Below, piece after piece: positions 24,480-36,710 of a DNA stretch of 64,000 bases. Source of the stretch: Antechinus flavipes (taxonomy: Eukaryota); the NCBI RefSeq assembly GCF_016432865.1, contig NC_067403.1, positions 80,848,001 to 80,912,000 of the forward strand, written 5' to 3'. A program made the position numbers and the translations under genes. How positions within the stretch are numbered: position 1 is the first letter of the stretch; each line of letters starts with the position of its first letter. Under the pieces are notes generated by a model. That model was not told the DNA's origin. It searched no databases and saw nothing but the letters and a program-made list of their open reading frames with translations.

Positions 24480-24720
24480 TATATATAAAGTGCATTACAA
24501 ATATTAACTTTTTATTCTTACAATAACCCTGGAGAGGTAGGTGCTATTATTATTATCGTTATTATTCTCAATTTACAGGTTAGGAAATAGAACCACACAG
24601 AGGTTAAGTAACTTGCTCATATCTTGTCCATTTATCTAATAAATGTTTTAGACTGGATATTAAACTCCTGTTTTATGGCTTCAGGTCCAGGCTTCTATTC
24701 ATTGTTTTGCTTAGCTGCCT
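24480..24720 (-). mobile_element. MIR
   Basis: caataaccctggagaggtaggtgctattatt...ttacaggttaggaaat...cacagaggttaagtaacttgc. Confidence 0.7.
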
Positions 24721-24999
24721 TTGGGTATATTACTGACTTCCTGTGAATATATTGTTTCTCAGTAGTAGAATATTTAAATTAATTGCCTCAGCACTTTCCT
24801 TCCCCTGATATATAAGTGCTTAATAATTAAATTCAATCAAAAAGTATTTTTAAGTACCTCTCAGACACTTTGCTAGTGGATACAAATCAGATTGATTGAA
24901 CACTTGAATGTTTTTTGAATGATTTTAATATTTATGAGAAGGTATAAATTATTTCATTTAATCCACAAATTTATATTTTATTTCAATTAACAAACTTTT

Positions 25000-25400
25000 T
25001 TCTTTATTAAAAAAGAAAGAACACCTTTGTAATAAATAACTGAATACTCAAGAAAAGCAAATTATGACAGCGTACATATCCAAAAATGTATGTTCTTCTG
25101 CACCTTGAATCTTTAATTTCTCTGGCAAGAGGTGTGAATAGCACGATTTATCATTAGTCCTTTAAACTTGTGATCAAAAAGAATTCTTTCAAAAATCTTC
25201 CAAAGTTATTTGTCTTTACAATGTTTTTAATTTTATAATTCCCCTGGTTTTGCTTACTTCATTCTATAGCAGTTGATAAAAATCTTTCCAAGTTTTCTCT
25301 TAACCTCTTCTTTTTTGTCTTTTCTTAAAGCATAGTAGTCTTCCACATTCCTATAATTTATTTAGTCATTTCCTTGAGTTACTCCCATGAATCATTAGAG
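25000..25400 (-). mobile_element. Older marsupial L1 3' region fragment
   Basis: Degenerate motif series (atccaaaaatgtatg...ctgcaccttgaatc...cttccaaagttattt...cttacttcattct). Confidence 0.55.
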
Positions 25401-27354
25401 AGCTATGCCATCTTGCTATTATGTTTTTGTACATATGAGTCTTTTTTCTTTTTCCCTTTTCTTTGAATCTTTATATATATTTCATTTCATCTTAATCCTA
25501 TGAGGTACATACCGTAAATTTCCCCTCACCTCCTCTTTTACAAAAAGGAAGAAGCTAGAAATAACCAGAATCAGCTCGCAGAGCTAAAACTTGAGCCCAT
25601 CTTCTTCTGAATGTAGATGCAGGAACTAATTGGGAATTGTCCCCTCCCTCCCAACCCTCCCCAGATTTACTCAAGGCTATCAGTGCTAGCCTTTCAAATC
25701 AGGCTGTTTTTGGATTACTGAGTCATTGACTTGGTCATAGGTTGTATGTATATCCCCTTGGACTTAGGGCGAGCCTCTGCATGTAAAATGAGTATAACAA
25801 AATGTTATTTTTTCCTAATAAAAATGGACTTCACATTATTATCATGTTCCTTTCTTACCTAGGAGATTGTTTGCTTGGTTCAGATTTCCATGTTGATTGT
25901 TCCATTAATGTCTCATGCTTTCTAGACACTTATCAGGCTCATGGCATAGAAAAACCTGTGGATTTGAAGTCAGGAAATGCCTTAGGCTTATTAGTACTTA
26001 TTAGTACCATGACCCTGGCAAACAGTCTCTTTCCCCAGGTTTCTTTTTTGTAAAGTGGTCCCATCCTCATGCCTATCTGAAAAGTGGACCTAATGTCTCT
26101 TCAGCCTAGTTGATGTATCTACTGAGAGAATCAAAGGAAATATATTTGGGAAAAGCCTTCTCAAAGACACGTATCAACCAAAGATGCTACATTTCTAAAG
26201 CTATGTTCTGTTGGGCTTCCACAAAGTGCACAAGATCAAGAAGTTCTAAAGAGAATTGTAATGGTGGATAAATAATACCCATTTTGTATTTTTAAAAATT
26301 TTTTGTCAGTCACACCATGAGGAGCTTGATGACAGTTGATCGGCCAAAAAGTTGCCCCCTCTTTTGGTCTAAAATCTAATATTTTAACCCTACCTCGTGA
26401 TAGCTTATGACATGTTTGTCTTGTGCTTGGGCAAGTACTTTCTTTCGTCCGTTCGTAATTTTTTTTTACTGTAAATTTTTCTGGTATCAAAATGCATTCT
26501 CAAAAGTATGTTTTGAGAAACAAGTCTGCAAGGCATTGTGCAGCTAGGTGCCCTGCTCTATCCTGAGCCTTTTCACTGATAGAGTTTGCATACGATAAAA
26601 ATAAGGACAAATATGGAAGTACTACAGGCTTGTTCTTTGTGATCCTGATGAATTAGATTCCTTGACTATCCAAATTAAGTATGGTCACTGGTGGAATTTT
26701 GTGTTACATCACAAATAATCACTTCTTTTTTTTTTTGAGGAACTTCTAGGAACTTAGCCATTATTTTTACTTCAATTGGACAGTTTATCTTTTCTCCTCT
26801 TAAGATTTATTTTGCATATTTTAATGCTTTATCAAGAAATAAGACCAAGTCTTTGTGGCTTGATTTTTAGTGCTTCAAGCATTTTTTGTTGCATTGGAAT
26901 TCAGAGTATTTCATCTTGACCAGAAACCAAAAAAAGAGAGTCTTCATAATGCTTACAGTCTCCCACTTTCCCGTCCTCCATTTTTCTTCTTTCTTTAAAC
27001 TATTAATAGTTTTGTTTTCAGTAGCACTCCTCTCTCCCCTTCCGCCACCAGGATTAATGACAAAACTTTCCCCAAGTGATTATTGATATTAATAGACAGA
27101 ATAATTAGTCCCTGTGTATATGGAATTACTTTTCCCAAGGAATTTAATAAGTAAAATTCATTTCCTTCAAAGAAATGTTCACTATGTGCTCAGAGCCCCT
27201 TTATAAATCAATTTGAAATGACATGAAATAGGTCTAGATGTCTAGATTATTTCCTATAAGCAATTTTTCTATAATTACTTTTAATTATCATGACTTGTGA
27301 ATTTATCCATAAAGATGATTTCTCATTTGTTCTCATTCTCACTTTATTTTTTGT

Positions 27355-27412
27355 TTTATATATATATATATATAAAATATATATATAAAATCAAATATAT
27401 ATATATAAAACC
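27355..27412. repeat. Compound (TA)n tract
   Basis: Three (TA)n blocks separated by aaa. Confidence 0.85.
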
Positions 27413-27563
27413 AAAGATACAAAATCAGGAAAAAGCTCTGGTCATTTAGATCAATCTATTCATTTTGCAGATGAGGAAACTGAGACCCTGAACTCCCAGG
27501 TAATAAACATCCTCTTAACATTTAATTAAGTTCATGATTTGCCACTTGGAAGTACTCTTTCTT

Positions 27564-27665
27564 GGGGTAGCTATGTAGCTCAGTGGATGGAGTACTGATC
27601 CTAGATTCAGGAGGTCCTGAATTCAAATGTGGCCTAAGATCTGTAACCCTGGACAAACCATTAAT
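27564..27665 (+). mobile_element. WSINE1/MAR1-like SINE 5' part
   Basis: ggggtagctatgtagctcagtggat...tcaggaggtcctgaattcaaat, with A/B-box-like tRNA-derived head. Confidence 0.75.
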
Positions 27666-27679
27666 CATGTATAAAGAAA

Positions 27680-27749
27680 CTGAGGTTGGATTTGAACTCA
27701 GGTCTTCTTGACTCCCAGCCTAGTGCTCTGTCACTGAGCCACCTGTCTC
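27680..27749 (-). mobile_element. CORE-SINE head fragment, inverted relative to the previous copy
   Basis: ggatttgaactcaggtcttcttgactcccagcctagtgctctgtcactgagccacctg. Confidence 0.7.
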
Positions 27750-30294
27750 TAGATATCAGCTAGATAAATAGAGATAAACCGAGTACCAGTGGAAATTTAG
27801 GGGAAGCCTTCCAGGTTTAAAAAAAAAACAACCAAAAAAAAAAAAAAAAAAAAAACCAGATAAGCTTCCTAAATGCCAGGGGATAAGGAGGAAGTGGAAC
27901 CATGTATATATACTTTTAGGGTTAAATCATTTTTCTTTTCCGATTCAATTTTTCTCCTATCTCACTTACTATCTTGTCTGGTCAATCTGTCTACCTGCAC
28001 CCCCTTTTTTCCCCCTGCTTTGATGATAGTTGTAATCTTTGCCCTTCCTCTCCTTGCCCCCTCCTTGAAATTGTGACTTTGAATTATATGTAGCAGACTT
28101 GCAGTTTAAAAGAAACAGTTACAGTGTGTCTGAATGGTAGAGTTTCTGTTAGTAATAAAATTCCTTCTGATGAAAAAAGCCCCTATGTAAGCCTCTCCAG
28201 GATATGGAAATACGAGGTGAACAGAAGAGAGGGTGGATTTTCAAGTTTGTAAAGACAGCATGCACAGGGATTTATTATCTGAAGATGTGCATGATAGCTG
28301 ACATCTGGCTTTTAATTCATTGTGCTGTTCCTGTGGGTAACTTCCTTTTCCATTCTGAGTTTAGAAGAATTGAATCCCATGGATTAAGGAAAAGGAACCT
28401 ATCATGTTAGTCATCCCATGCTGCTATATGTAGCTGGTGATTTCCGGACTGTTTCAGGGTTAATTTTATCTATTTTTGCCTGTGGGGAAATGACAGTGGA
28501 TGTAGGAGCTTCAGTGAGTTCATGTACAATAGATGGAAATGTTCAAAATGATTCTTCTTTATATGCTCGAATAAATAGATATAAATAGAAATGAACAAAG
28601 GAAGGAACCCATCAATGTATGTATGTCTGTGTGTGTATGTAAAATAAAATAAAAATAAAATATGTAGAATATATATATATGTAAAAAAATTGTGATGTGA
28701 GAATGGGAAAGAACCGTTTCTTTCACACATATGCTAAAAAAAATTTCCCTTTAAAAGGAGTGTGGCTAACTTTTTAGACTTCCCCTTTCTATAAAACTTT
28801 ACTGAAGACATTTTCAGGATGCAATTTTTCACCTAATACAACTTACTGAAAGTGAAAATGTAAAATAAGTGAACTTTGTTTAAATTGCTTTTTTATAGAT
28901 ACTACTGTTTTAGATAGCAGTGAGTATAGAAAACACTGAGAAGTGAAAATTGAATTCTGCAATGGGAAAAACTCTGATAGTGGTGGGGGGTGGGGAGGAG
29001 AATAAATGCCAATGCCAAATACAGTGCTAAAGCTTCAGAGCCAAGGTAGTTTATGTGGCCTTTGGGATGGGATGATTAGGAACATCTTAGAATTAGGGGA
29101 GAGGGGTGCATTTGTATATTGAATTTTTAAGAAAGACTCTCATCCTTCCATTCTTTTGGGGAAGACTCTTTGGTGGGAAAAATTGCCCTTCCCAGTCATT
29201 CCTTTCTTTTCTATTCTCAAAACCCTCTTTTAAAAGAAAGAAATGCAGTTATACAGCCTAAAGTGGCCCATTGGCTGTCCCCCCCACCCCCTTTTCCCTT
29301 AATCTCTGACTGTCCAACTCCGGTAAAGGGAGCGTGGAGAGTATGTTTCCCTACTAGTTCCTCTGAAGCCAGAATTGGTTGCTCACTGCATTCATCAGAG
29401 GCCTGGTATCCCTCATTGTTCTTTTCCTTTATTTGATCCTGTTCATTGTTCTTTTTATTCTTTTTAGCCACAGCGGTTCACACCCAAGCTTCCTAAGATC
29501 CTTCAAATTCTTGAAACCATCTTTTAAGAAAAATAATAATAGTTGAGGTATAAGAAGAGTTTATAGAAGACTTTAAGGCCTTGACTACTCACGATTTCAA
29601 GTCATATGTTCTCTTTTATTAAGTAATAACTGATTGCAGAAATGGATGCTGTGGGTAGTTACACAAGGTGTTACTATATGTTTGTTTCAACAGATACCAT
29701 GTTTACAAATTTGTCTTGTTATAAACAGCTTCCATATTGTTTCATTAGTTTGCTTTTAATAGAAGTTGACTCAAATGTTTTCCCTTTTCATTTATATATG
29801 TGTGTGTGCACACACGAAATTACCTCGTAAGAACCAGATTTCTGAAAGCAGACAAGTAAATAAGGACTGCTTACTACTGGGGGACATCAGGAAATGGTTT
29901 TCCTGGGAGGTTTCAAGTGAATGACTAGACTGGTGTCACAATGTGGAAATGATTATCCTATAGGGGATTCAGGATTTCCCTCTTTTGTGAATTCCAAAGG
30001 AAGGGGCTGCATTTCAAAAGTATAATTGGAGGAGAGAATAAAATGTTTGCAACTTGTAGTGAGATTTTAGGCTTGAATTGAACTAGACATAATATATTCT
30101 TGTACAAATCTCTTGCTGTCTTGTTCTTTGTATGCAGATATAGGAAAAGCAGATCACAGGAATTTCCTAACTTGAAGTAATTTCCACCAAAAAGGGAGGT
30201 TAAGAGATTGAGTTACTGGCATGTAAAATAAAGTTCATGACTTTTTTCTTGAAACAATAGTAAATGGTTGTGATTTGGTATTTAGTCCTTAAAG

Positions 30295-30515
30295 TTTTGT
30301 TGTTGTAGATTGTTTCAGTGATGTCCGATTCCTCTTGTGGCCCATTTGAAGTTTTCTTGATAAAGATACTAGAGTGGTTTGCCATTTTACAGATGGAGAA
30401 AACTGAGACAATTTAATGACATGCCCATGATCACACAGCTAGTAAGTGTTTTGAGGCTGAATTTGAACTTGGTTCCTCCTGATTTCAGGTTCTTTATCTG
30501 CTGTGTCTTCTATCT
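30295..30515 (-). mobile_element. MAR1-type SINE
   Basis: ttcttgataaagatactagagtggtttgccatttt...gatcacacagctagtaagtgt...tttgaactt. Confidence 0.75.
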
Positions 30516-30526
30516 ACCATATAAAA

Positions 30527-30702
30527 TAGGGAGTTCTTAACCTGGATCTGTGATTTAAAAAATTAACTATTTCAATATAATTGCTTTCTTATGTAATCCT
30601 TTTTCATTTTATGTTTTCACAAACATCATTCTGAAAAGAGATCTGCAAGTTTCACCAGTCTGCCAAATGGACACATGACAAATGAAAGGTGTAAGGTCTC
30701 TG
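30527..30702. mobile_element. hAT-Charlie-like MITE (family B)
   Basis: tagggagttcttaacctgg...tttcaatataattg...cattctgaaaagag...tttcaccagtctgccaa...; homologous to 56647-56831. Confidence 0.6.
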
Positions 30703-31254
30703 CTTTGAAGTTCTATTATCCACATGTCTGGAGGGGCTGATGTACAAAGTATCCAGTTGGTTGAGGCTAGAAATAGTGGGCAATCTGGAAGACTTTAATA
30801 TGTTATTATAATTACTTTTGTCTCATTTTCCCTCTTACTGTGCATTTTCCTCCTTTTTAGTTTTGTTCATTACCTGTTTTGATTTTCTTTCCTACTTTCT
30901 GTGAGTTTACATTAGTGGCTGATAGAGATCAACATTTATAAGTTTTAATGGTCATTTATCTGCCTACAATTCCCATTGGGGTTGACATTTGAGTAGGATG
31001 TGCTGATTTCAGTCCATGTGCATTAAACTGGGCAGGTAAAATTGTCCCTGTGAGGAGAGGATTTTCATTCTTTGCAGCTGCCTTTGCTACTTGACATTAG
31101 ATGCAATTATTTTAGCGCTTATATAGCTGCCTGAAATTTCCTTGCAGCCAGAATAATGCTGCATGATGATCAGAAGATTAGAATGCCACATGTCAAAGGA
31201 AGTTCATGTACTGTGTAAATTCTGTGGAATAAGACCATGTGGGGGGAGAGACAA

Positions 31255-31395
31255 AGGTGAGAGAGAATGAAGGAGGGAGAGGTAGAAAGAAAGGAGGAGA
31301 AGGGAAGGAAGAAGGAGAGGGAGTGAGAGAAGAGAAAAGAGAAAGAGAGGAGAAAGGGGAGGAAAGAAGGATAAAGAGAGAAGAAGAAGAAAGAA
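31255..31395. repeat. Polypurine (GA-rich) low-complexity tract
   Basis: Nearly pure A/G on the + strand. Confidence 0.85.
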
Positions 31396-32445
31396 TGAGC
31401 ATTTGGTGTTTGGGAAACTATCTTGTAGAAAAATCTGCCTTTTCCTTATTTTTTATTGAAGCCTGATCAAGTTGGCCAATTTTTGAGAATATTACATATA
31501 TTTCTTAGTTGTTTCTGGTGAAAATGTCACCTTAAAAATAGGATTTTGTTGTTTGTTTGGGGTTTTTTTGACTGGGGAAGCAAGATTTCCCAGGCTGATC
31601 CTAAACCCTCCCTCCTCACAAAAACTGTTTCTGTTCTCATGAATAGTCAGCTTGGTAAAATATCATGCTGTTTCACTTTTCAGAGACTTGTCAAAGGTGA
31701 CCTATTTCCCTGCCTTTTAGAGATGCCCCTGTAAATTACAGAAAGATTATTGGGGCAGGTTTCATCTCTTCGTTTTGTACCACAGAGCTTATTTTTCCTT
31801 CATTTATAGAATGTCAGAAATGAGCTGATTTGTGTAAAAAGCCTGTGCCCATTTCAAGTTTCTGTTTAAGTCTTTTAAAAAACATTTTTTTTAATCTGAA
31901 GGTCTTTATGAGTTACTGTAGTGGGTGTGAGTAGGCAGCAACACCTAAGTGACAAATTGTATCAAAAATAAGGTGTAAAGGTTGTCATCAGAGAAATGTA
32001 TTACTGAAGAACAAGTGTATCACTCACATGCTCCTGTGAAATATCAAGAGTTTTTGAGGAAATGTTCCATTATGTTGGGCGGTTCTTCTTTATACCTTTT
32101 TCTTGCTCAAGAGCCACAAAGGATCAGCAGGCATGGAAGGTCACTGTTTGCATCATGGGGGGGAAAGCCCACTTGGAAGGAATCACAGTCATTGGAATGC
32201 ATAGGAATGGGGGAGGGGGACAGATTTCATTGTCAGGAATTCCTGCTTCCACCAGTCCAGGTTTACACTGTCTCCGCAACTTTGTGGTCTCTGACAGTTG
32301 TCTGGACATTGAAAGGCCCATGGTCATCCAGCAAACATGTGTCACAGGTGGGATGTTGGAGTATAAAGGAAGTAAAGAGATGCTTTGAAGAGTTCCCCCT
32401 TTAAAACAAAGCAGCACAAAACTGTCAGTGTTTAGATTCTTGAAA

Positions 32446-32790
32446 TGTTGTTTGTCCTTCATTCTCCAAGACGATCACGACATCAGAGAGGGGATGCCAT
32501 GACATGCACGTGAAGTGGGGGGGGGGGAGAGAAGGGGGACTGGTCAAGGTCACCTGCCTCACCTTCCCCTCTAGAGCCTTCTGGGCCAGAGAAAGATCAG
32601 GACGACTGGAGGTCTTGGCCTTTCTAAGCAGCAGGTCTCAGTTTGATTAAGCCTAAGTAGTAATTGAGGCAAAGAATCTCCTCTTTCACCTGTGCCCCCT
32701 AAATAAATAAATAAAGGAATGAATCTAGAAGGGGAAGATGCTCAGAGTTTCTCATCAAAGCAGAAATAGTGACCAGGGAATTTGAGGTAC
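32446..32790 (+). mobile_element. MdoRep1-like repeat
   Basis: tgttgtttgtccttcattctccaagacgatcacgacatcagagagggatgccatgacatgc...gatcaggacgactggagg. Confidence 0.7.
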
Positions 32791-33775
32791 TTTGATCTAA
32801 GGTTTGTACCTTTGAGTGCCCAAACAGGGAGGCAGCATAATGTGACGTAGTGGACCTGGCTTCCAAGCTTGCTTCTGACTCCTTGTGTATTTGTGTAACT
32901 TTGGTCCTTTCCCTTTACTTCTTTTTGGACAGGAGAGGCTTGGGCTATATATGGCCTGGAAGTCCCTCCTACTTTGGGAGTCTGTAACTTTCTCATCTAT
33001 GAAGACTCAAATGGATCCATCTGTTGTGTGGTAGCATGACAGAACCTGGAAGACTTGGGGACTGTTTTTAACTTTTCCATTAGCTAGCTGAATGAGTTTG
33101 GGCCATAGGCTTTTAATTGTACGGGAGGGATTTGGGTTAGATGTCTTTAAGACCCTTCTGCTGGAAATTCTGATTGGGAAGTTCTGGGCAATCTGTATGT
33201 GTTTTTCTCCTGGACTCTTGTCCTTTGGCATTTGATTCGGCCATCTCCTAAACTACCAAGCAAGAAAGCAGAAGCTTGTCTGTTTATCTATGAAATAGGC
33301 TGTACTCTACCTGTTTTAAGATTTCTTCATTTTTTAAAAGGAGAGGGAATGCCAGTAATAGCTTCACCTCTATTTACACTTGCGTTGTATGTCAATTGCT
33401 GTAATGAATGTTGTTCTTGGTCGCCGCTTTGTCCAGCATGGGATTGCTTACAATAAAAGTTGGATAGTGGCTTGTCTGGAGAATGAGTTAACTTTGTAAG
33501 GGAGGGATGGTACAGGGACCAAGTGGCCAGACGTTTGTAGCTGAAGCTGTTTGCTGTTTTTTCTCTATAAGGAGATTACCCCACAAGAGATAGGACTCTT
33601 TTTGTATCTCTCATTTAGTGCTAACCTTAATTCCTGATTTCTCTGTGGGTTCCTTTAATCTACCAAAACAGAGGTTGGATTTTTTTGAAAAAAGGATTTT
33701 ACTTAATAGCTAAAGAAAGAGGTTAAAAATAAAAAAGAGAGAATGGAATTTTTATGTTAAGAAGCCATGAATGGA

Positions 33776-33897
33776 AGTTGCAGAGAAACACATTTTGGCC
33801 TGATAGAAGGAAAAATTTCATTAACAATTAGAACTATCCAAAAAGGAAATGGGATGCTTTTAAAGAAGTAATGTATTTCCCTGTCAGTGGAGGTTTT
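33776..33897 (+). mobile_element. L3/CR1 3' fragment
   Basis: gaaggaaaaatttcattaacaattagaactatccaaaaaggaaatggg...ttccctgtcagtggaggttttt is characteristic of the CR1/L3 3' end. Confidence 0.7.
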
Positions 33898-33924
33898 TTA
33901 ATAACAATAACAATAATAAAAAAT

Positions 33925-34165
33925 TAAAAGGCACCTAGATGGTGCAGGATATAGAAAGCTGGGCCTCTATTCAAGAAGAGCTAGTTTTAAATCTTGCTTC
34001 ATTCGTTAACTATGTGACCTTGGGCAAATGACAGTATGTGCTTACCTCCATTTTCTCAGCTGTAAAATGGGAATACTGTATAGTAACACCCACCTTCCGG
34101 GTGATTGTGAAAATAAAATGAGATAATGTTTGTAATAAAGCACTCTTAAAGTGATATTTACTACT
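33925..34165 (+). mobile_element. Near full-length MIR/CORE-SINE
   Basis: tgtgaccttgggcaaatg...ctgtaaaatgggaata...gtgattgtgaaaataaaatgagataatg. Confidence 0.75.
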
Positions 34166-34564
34166 ACTATTTTAGGCAATTGATATATAACATTACATAT
34201 GATAATATAATTTATTCTTATTATTATATTGCACTGGTTGTTTTTATAGGAAATTGCCTTTCAAATTTGGGTTAGAGCTAGAAAAGACTTGAGAGGTCAT
34301 GGCAGTGAAGAGACAAAGAATAGTAGAAGTCTTTGTTTAAAAGTCCATTCTCTTGGAAACAAGCTGTATCAAAGTTAGAGCCTAACCGATTCATAGTCAG
34401 CATTTTAATTCCTGTCAGAACCCATTCTGTGATTTGACAATGCGTAGTTGTCAGAGGATCTGTGTTGACTTAGGACTGCAGTTTTCTACTGTGTGATCCT
34501 GGAGCTAAATCTATGAAGCCTTTTGTGCCTCAGTTTCTTTCTCTTGAAGTGAGAGAGATTGGAC

Positions 34565-34790
34565 TGTTGTTGTGCAGTCATATCCCACTCTCTGTGATCT
34601 CTTCTGGAGTTTCCTTGGCAGAGATACTGGACTGGTTTGCCATTTCCTTCTCCACCTCTTTTGACAAAAGGGGAAACTAAGGCAAATAGGGTTAGGCTCT
34701 TGTTCAGGGTCACTCAGCTAGTGTGGGAGGCTAAATTTGAACTTGATTCCAGGCCTGGTGCTCTCTTCACTGTGCCCTCTAGTTTCTCTA
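34565..34790 (-). mobile_element. MAR1-type SINE
   Basis: ttccttggcagagatactggactggtttgccatttccttctcc...gaaactaaggc...gggtcactcagctag. Confidence 0.75.
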
Positions 34791-36509
34791 ACGTTCACCT
34801 TCTTGAATCTAAGACCCCTTCCTCTTACATTAGAGACTTCTCATTCCATTTTTAAAATTGAAACTCAGTTTTCACAACTTTCAGCTAGATTTGCCAAAGA
34901 TGGATTTTCTCAGAAACCTCAAGTGACCTCTTGCAGCCTACAGGCAAAAGTACAAACTTCTTTAGCCTGATTTTCCACGGTGTGGCTCCCAGCTTGGCAG
35001 GGTAGGTAGACAGCTGGGCTTGGTCAGGAAGATTTGGGTTCCGGTCCTACCACTGGTACGCACTGAACGTGGTCCTGGCCGGGCGAAGGCATGTCAGGAC
35101 TTAGTGTCCCCAGGCAGCCGCGTGAGACCACGGATTGCAGACCGGTTGCCTAGGTTCACTGGTGGAGGGAGCTGACTCACGGCTGGGAGTTACCTTCCAT
35201 CAGTAAAATCACAAGTCCGAACAAGGAAATAAAACCCAGCCCAGCTGGGCTTCTGCCACCCTCCATTCCTGTATGATCCATTTATCCATTCTTGTGTGAT
35301 GCATGTATACCTTTCATCCCCTTCACCTGGAACAGATCCCCCCTCTCTCTGCCAGTTGAAATCCTTTCCTCCCCCCTCCCCACATAAACTCCAAGAAGCC
35401 AGTCTTCTTCAAACCTCCCATCTTGTCCTTCTTGAGGTCGTCATTTTGGACCTTGCCTTTACATTAAATTCCTTACATTTTGCATTGTACTCCTGTCCGT
35501 TGCTTGACCCTGTTCTCTCCCATCTCCCTTGATCTTTTTAGATTCTGAGCTCAGTGAGGGGTGGGGGCGGTTTGCCCCATTTCCAGCCTTAAATCCCCAT
35601 CCTCTCCCCCAGAGTGGATGTTTATTTCCTGACAGCGATCTTTCCCAGTCTTTCCAATTGAGGAAACCGAGATTTGGGAATGTGGTACCTTGTTGAATTT
35701 AAAGCTCAGTCTCTAAGGGCTTTGGGCATGCTGGTAAAGTTCTGTGTATATGTTTATATCTGTCTTAGCTATGTCTTTTTGTCGTTTCTTTTTCCTTAGA
35801 AATACTGAAGAATGTTGGAAGCATTTGTAGGCAGGTTTTGGGTTGACAAAGCCCAAAGGAAAACTAAACCGGCCACATTATCTGGCGAAGCACCCCAGTT
35901 TGCTAAAACTTGGTCAGCTTATAAAGGTGGAAATTTCTGGTTCCTATCTACAAAGGAAATGGTTACGGACCATGTTTAACAAGAGTGTAACTTCCTATTA
36001 CTCTTCAGCTTTTGAACCCTTCGGTGCTTCCTGTCGGAGACAGCCCCGCTCAGGCTTTGAAGGGGAGGCAGGTTTATGTTGATCAATGTAGGAAGGAGAC
36101 ATAAAAAACAAAGCTGCTTCAAGCTTGCCTTTTAAAAATGTATTTTTCCTACTTGAAAAAAAAATCCCATTTTCTCTGTGTACAGTAGCCTCTAATCTGG
36201 GGTGTGCTTGTAAATGTTTAACCACTGGCTCCCTGTTATTAAAAATACACACATGTAATAACTACCGGCACAATCAAAATAAGATATTTAAGTTTCTTGA
36301 CACTTTCTCCATCATTTTGTTATAAAAGTCTCAAAAAAACCCGCCAAGCCCTGATTTGTAGCATTTTGCAGATTCAGTTGATTTGAGCTGGCTCAAGCAC
36401 AGCACCCCAGGCTCTGCTCTTCTTCCCACGCTGCTTAGTCGGCATGAAGAGAGGGGACTGAAGAGATTGAAAGTGGTAATGCTGGTTGTGGACTCTTTAG
36501 ACAGAACCT

Positions 36510-36710
36510 TAAAGCTTAACAAAGCACTTTATATAGACTAAGTCACTTCAGTCTGATCATCCTCTAAGGCAAAGGCTGTTAATGGATTCCCCCATTTTAC
36601 AGAGGAAAAAACTGAGACTTACTATAAGTGACTTGACCAGAGTCAAGTGTCTGAGGCCAAATTTAAACTCCTGACTTAGGGTCTGAGGCTCTATCCACTC
36701 TGCTACCTAT
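36510..36710 (-). mobile_element. MIR/MAR1-like SINE
   Basis: ccccattttacagaggaaaaaactgagac...gtgacttgaccagagtc...ctctatccactctgctacct. Confidence 0.7.

Noticed and set aside
27564-27640. tRNA-like sequence with A/B boxes
   Set aside because: It is the tRNA-derived head of a SINE. There is no cloverleaf or acceptor stem, and the many similar heads in the window are not tRNA genes.
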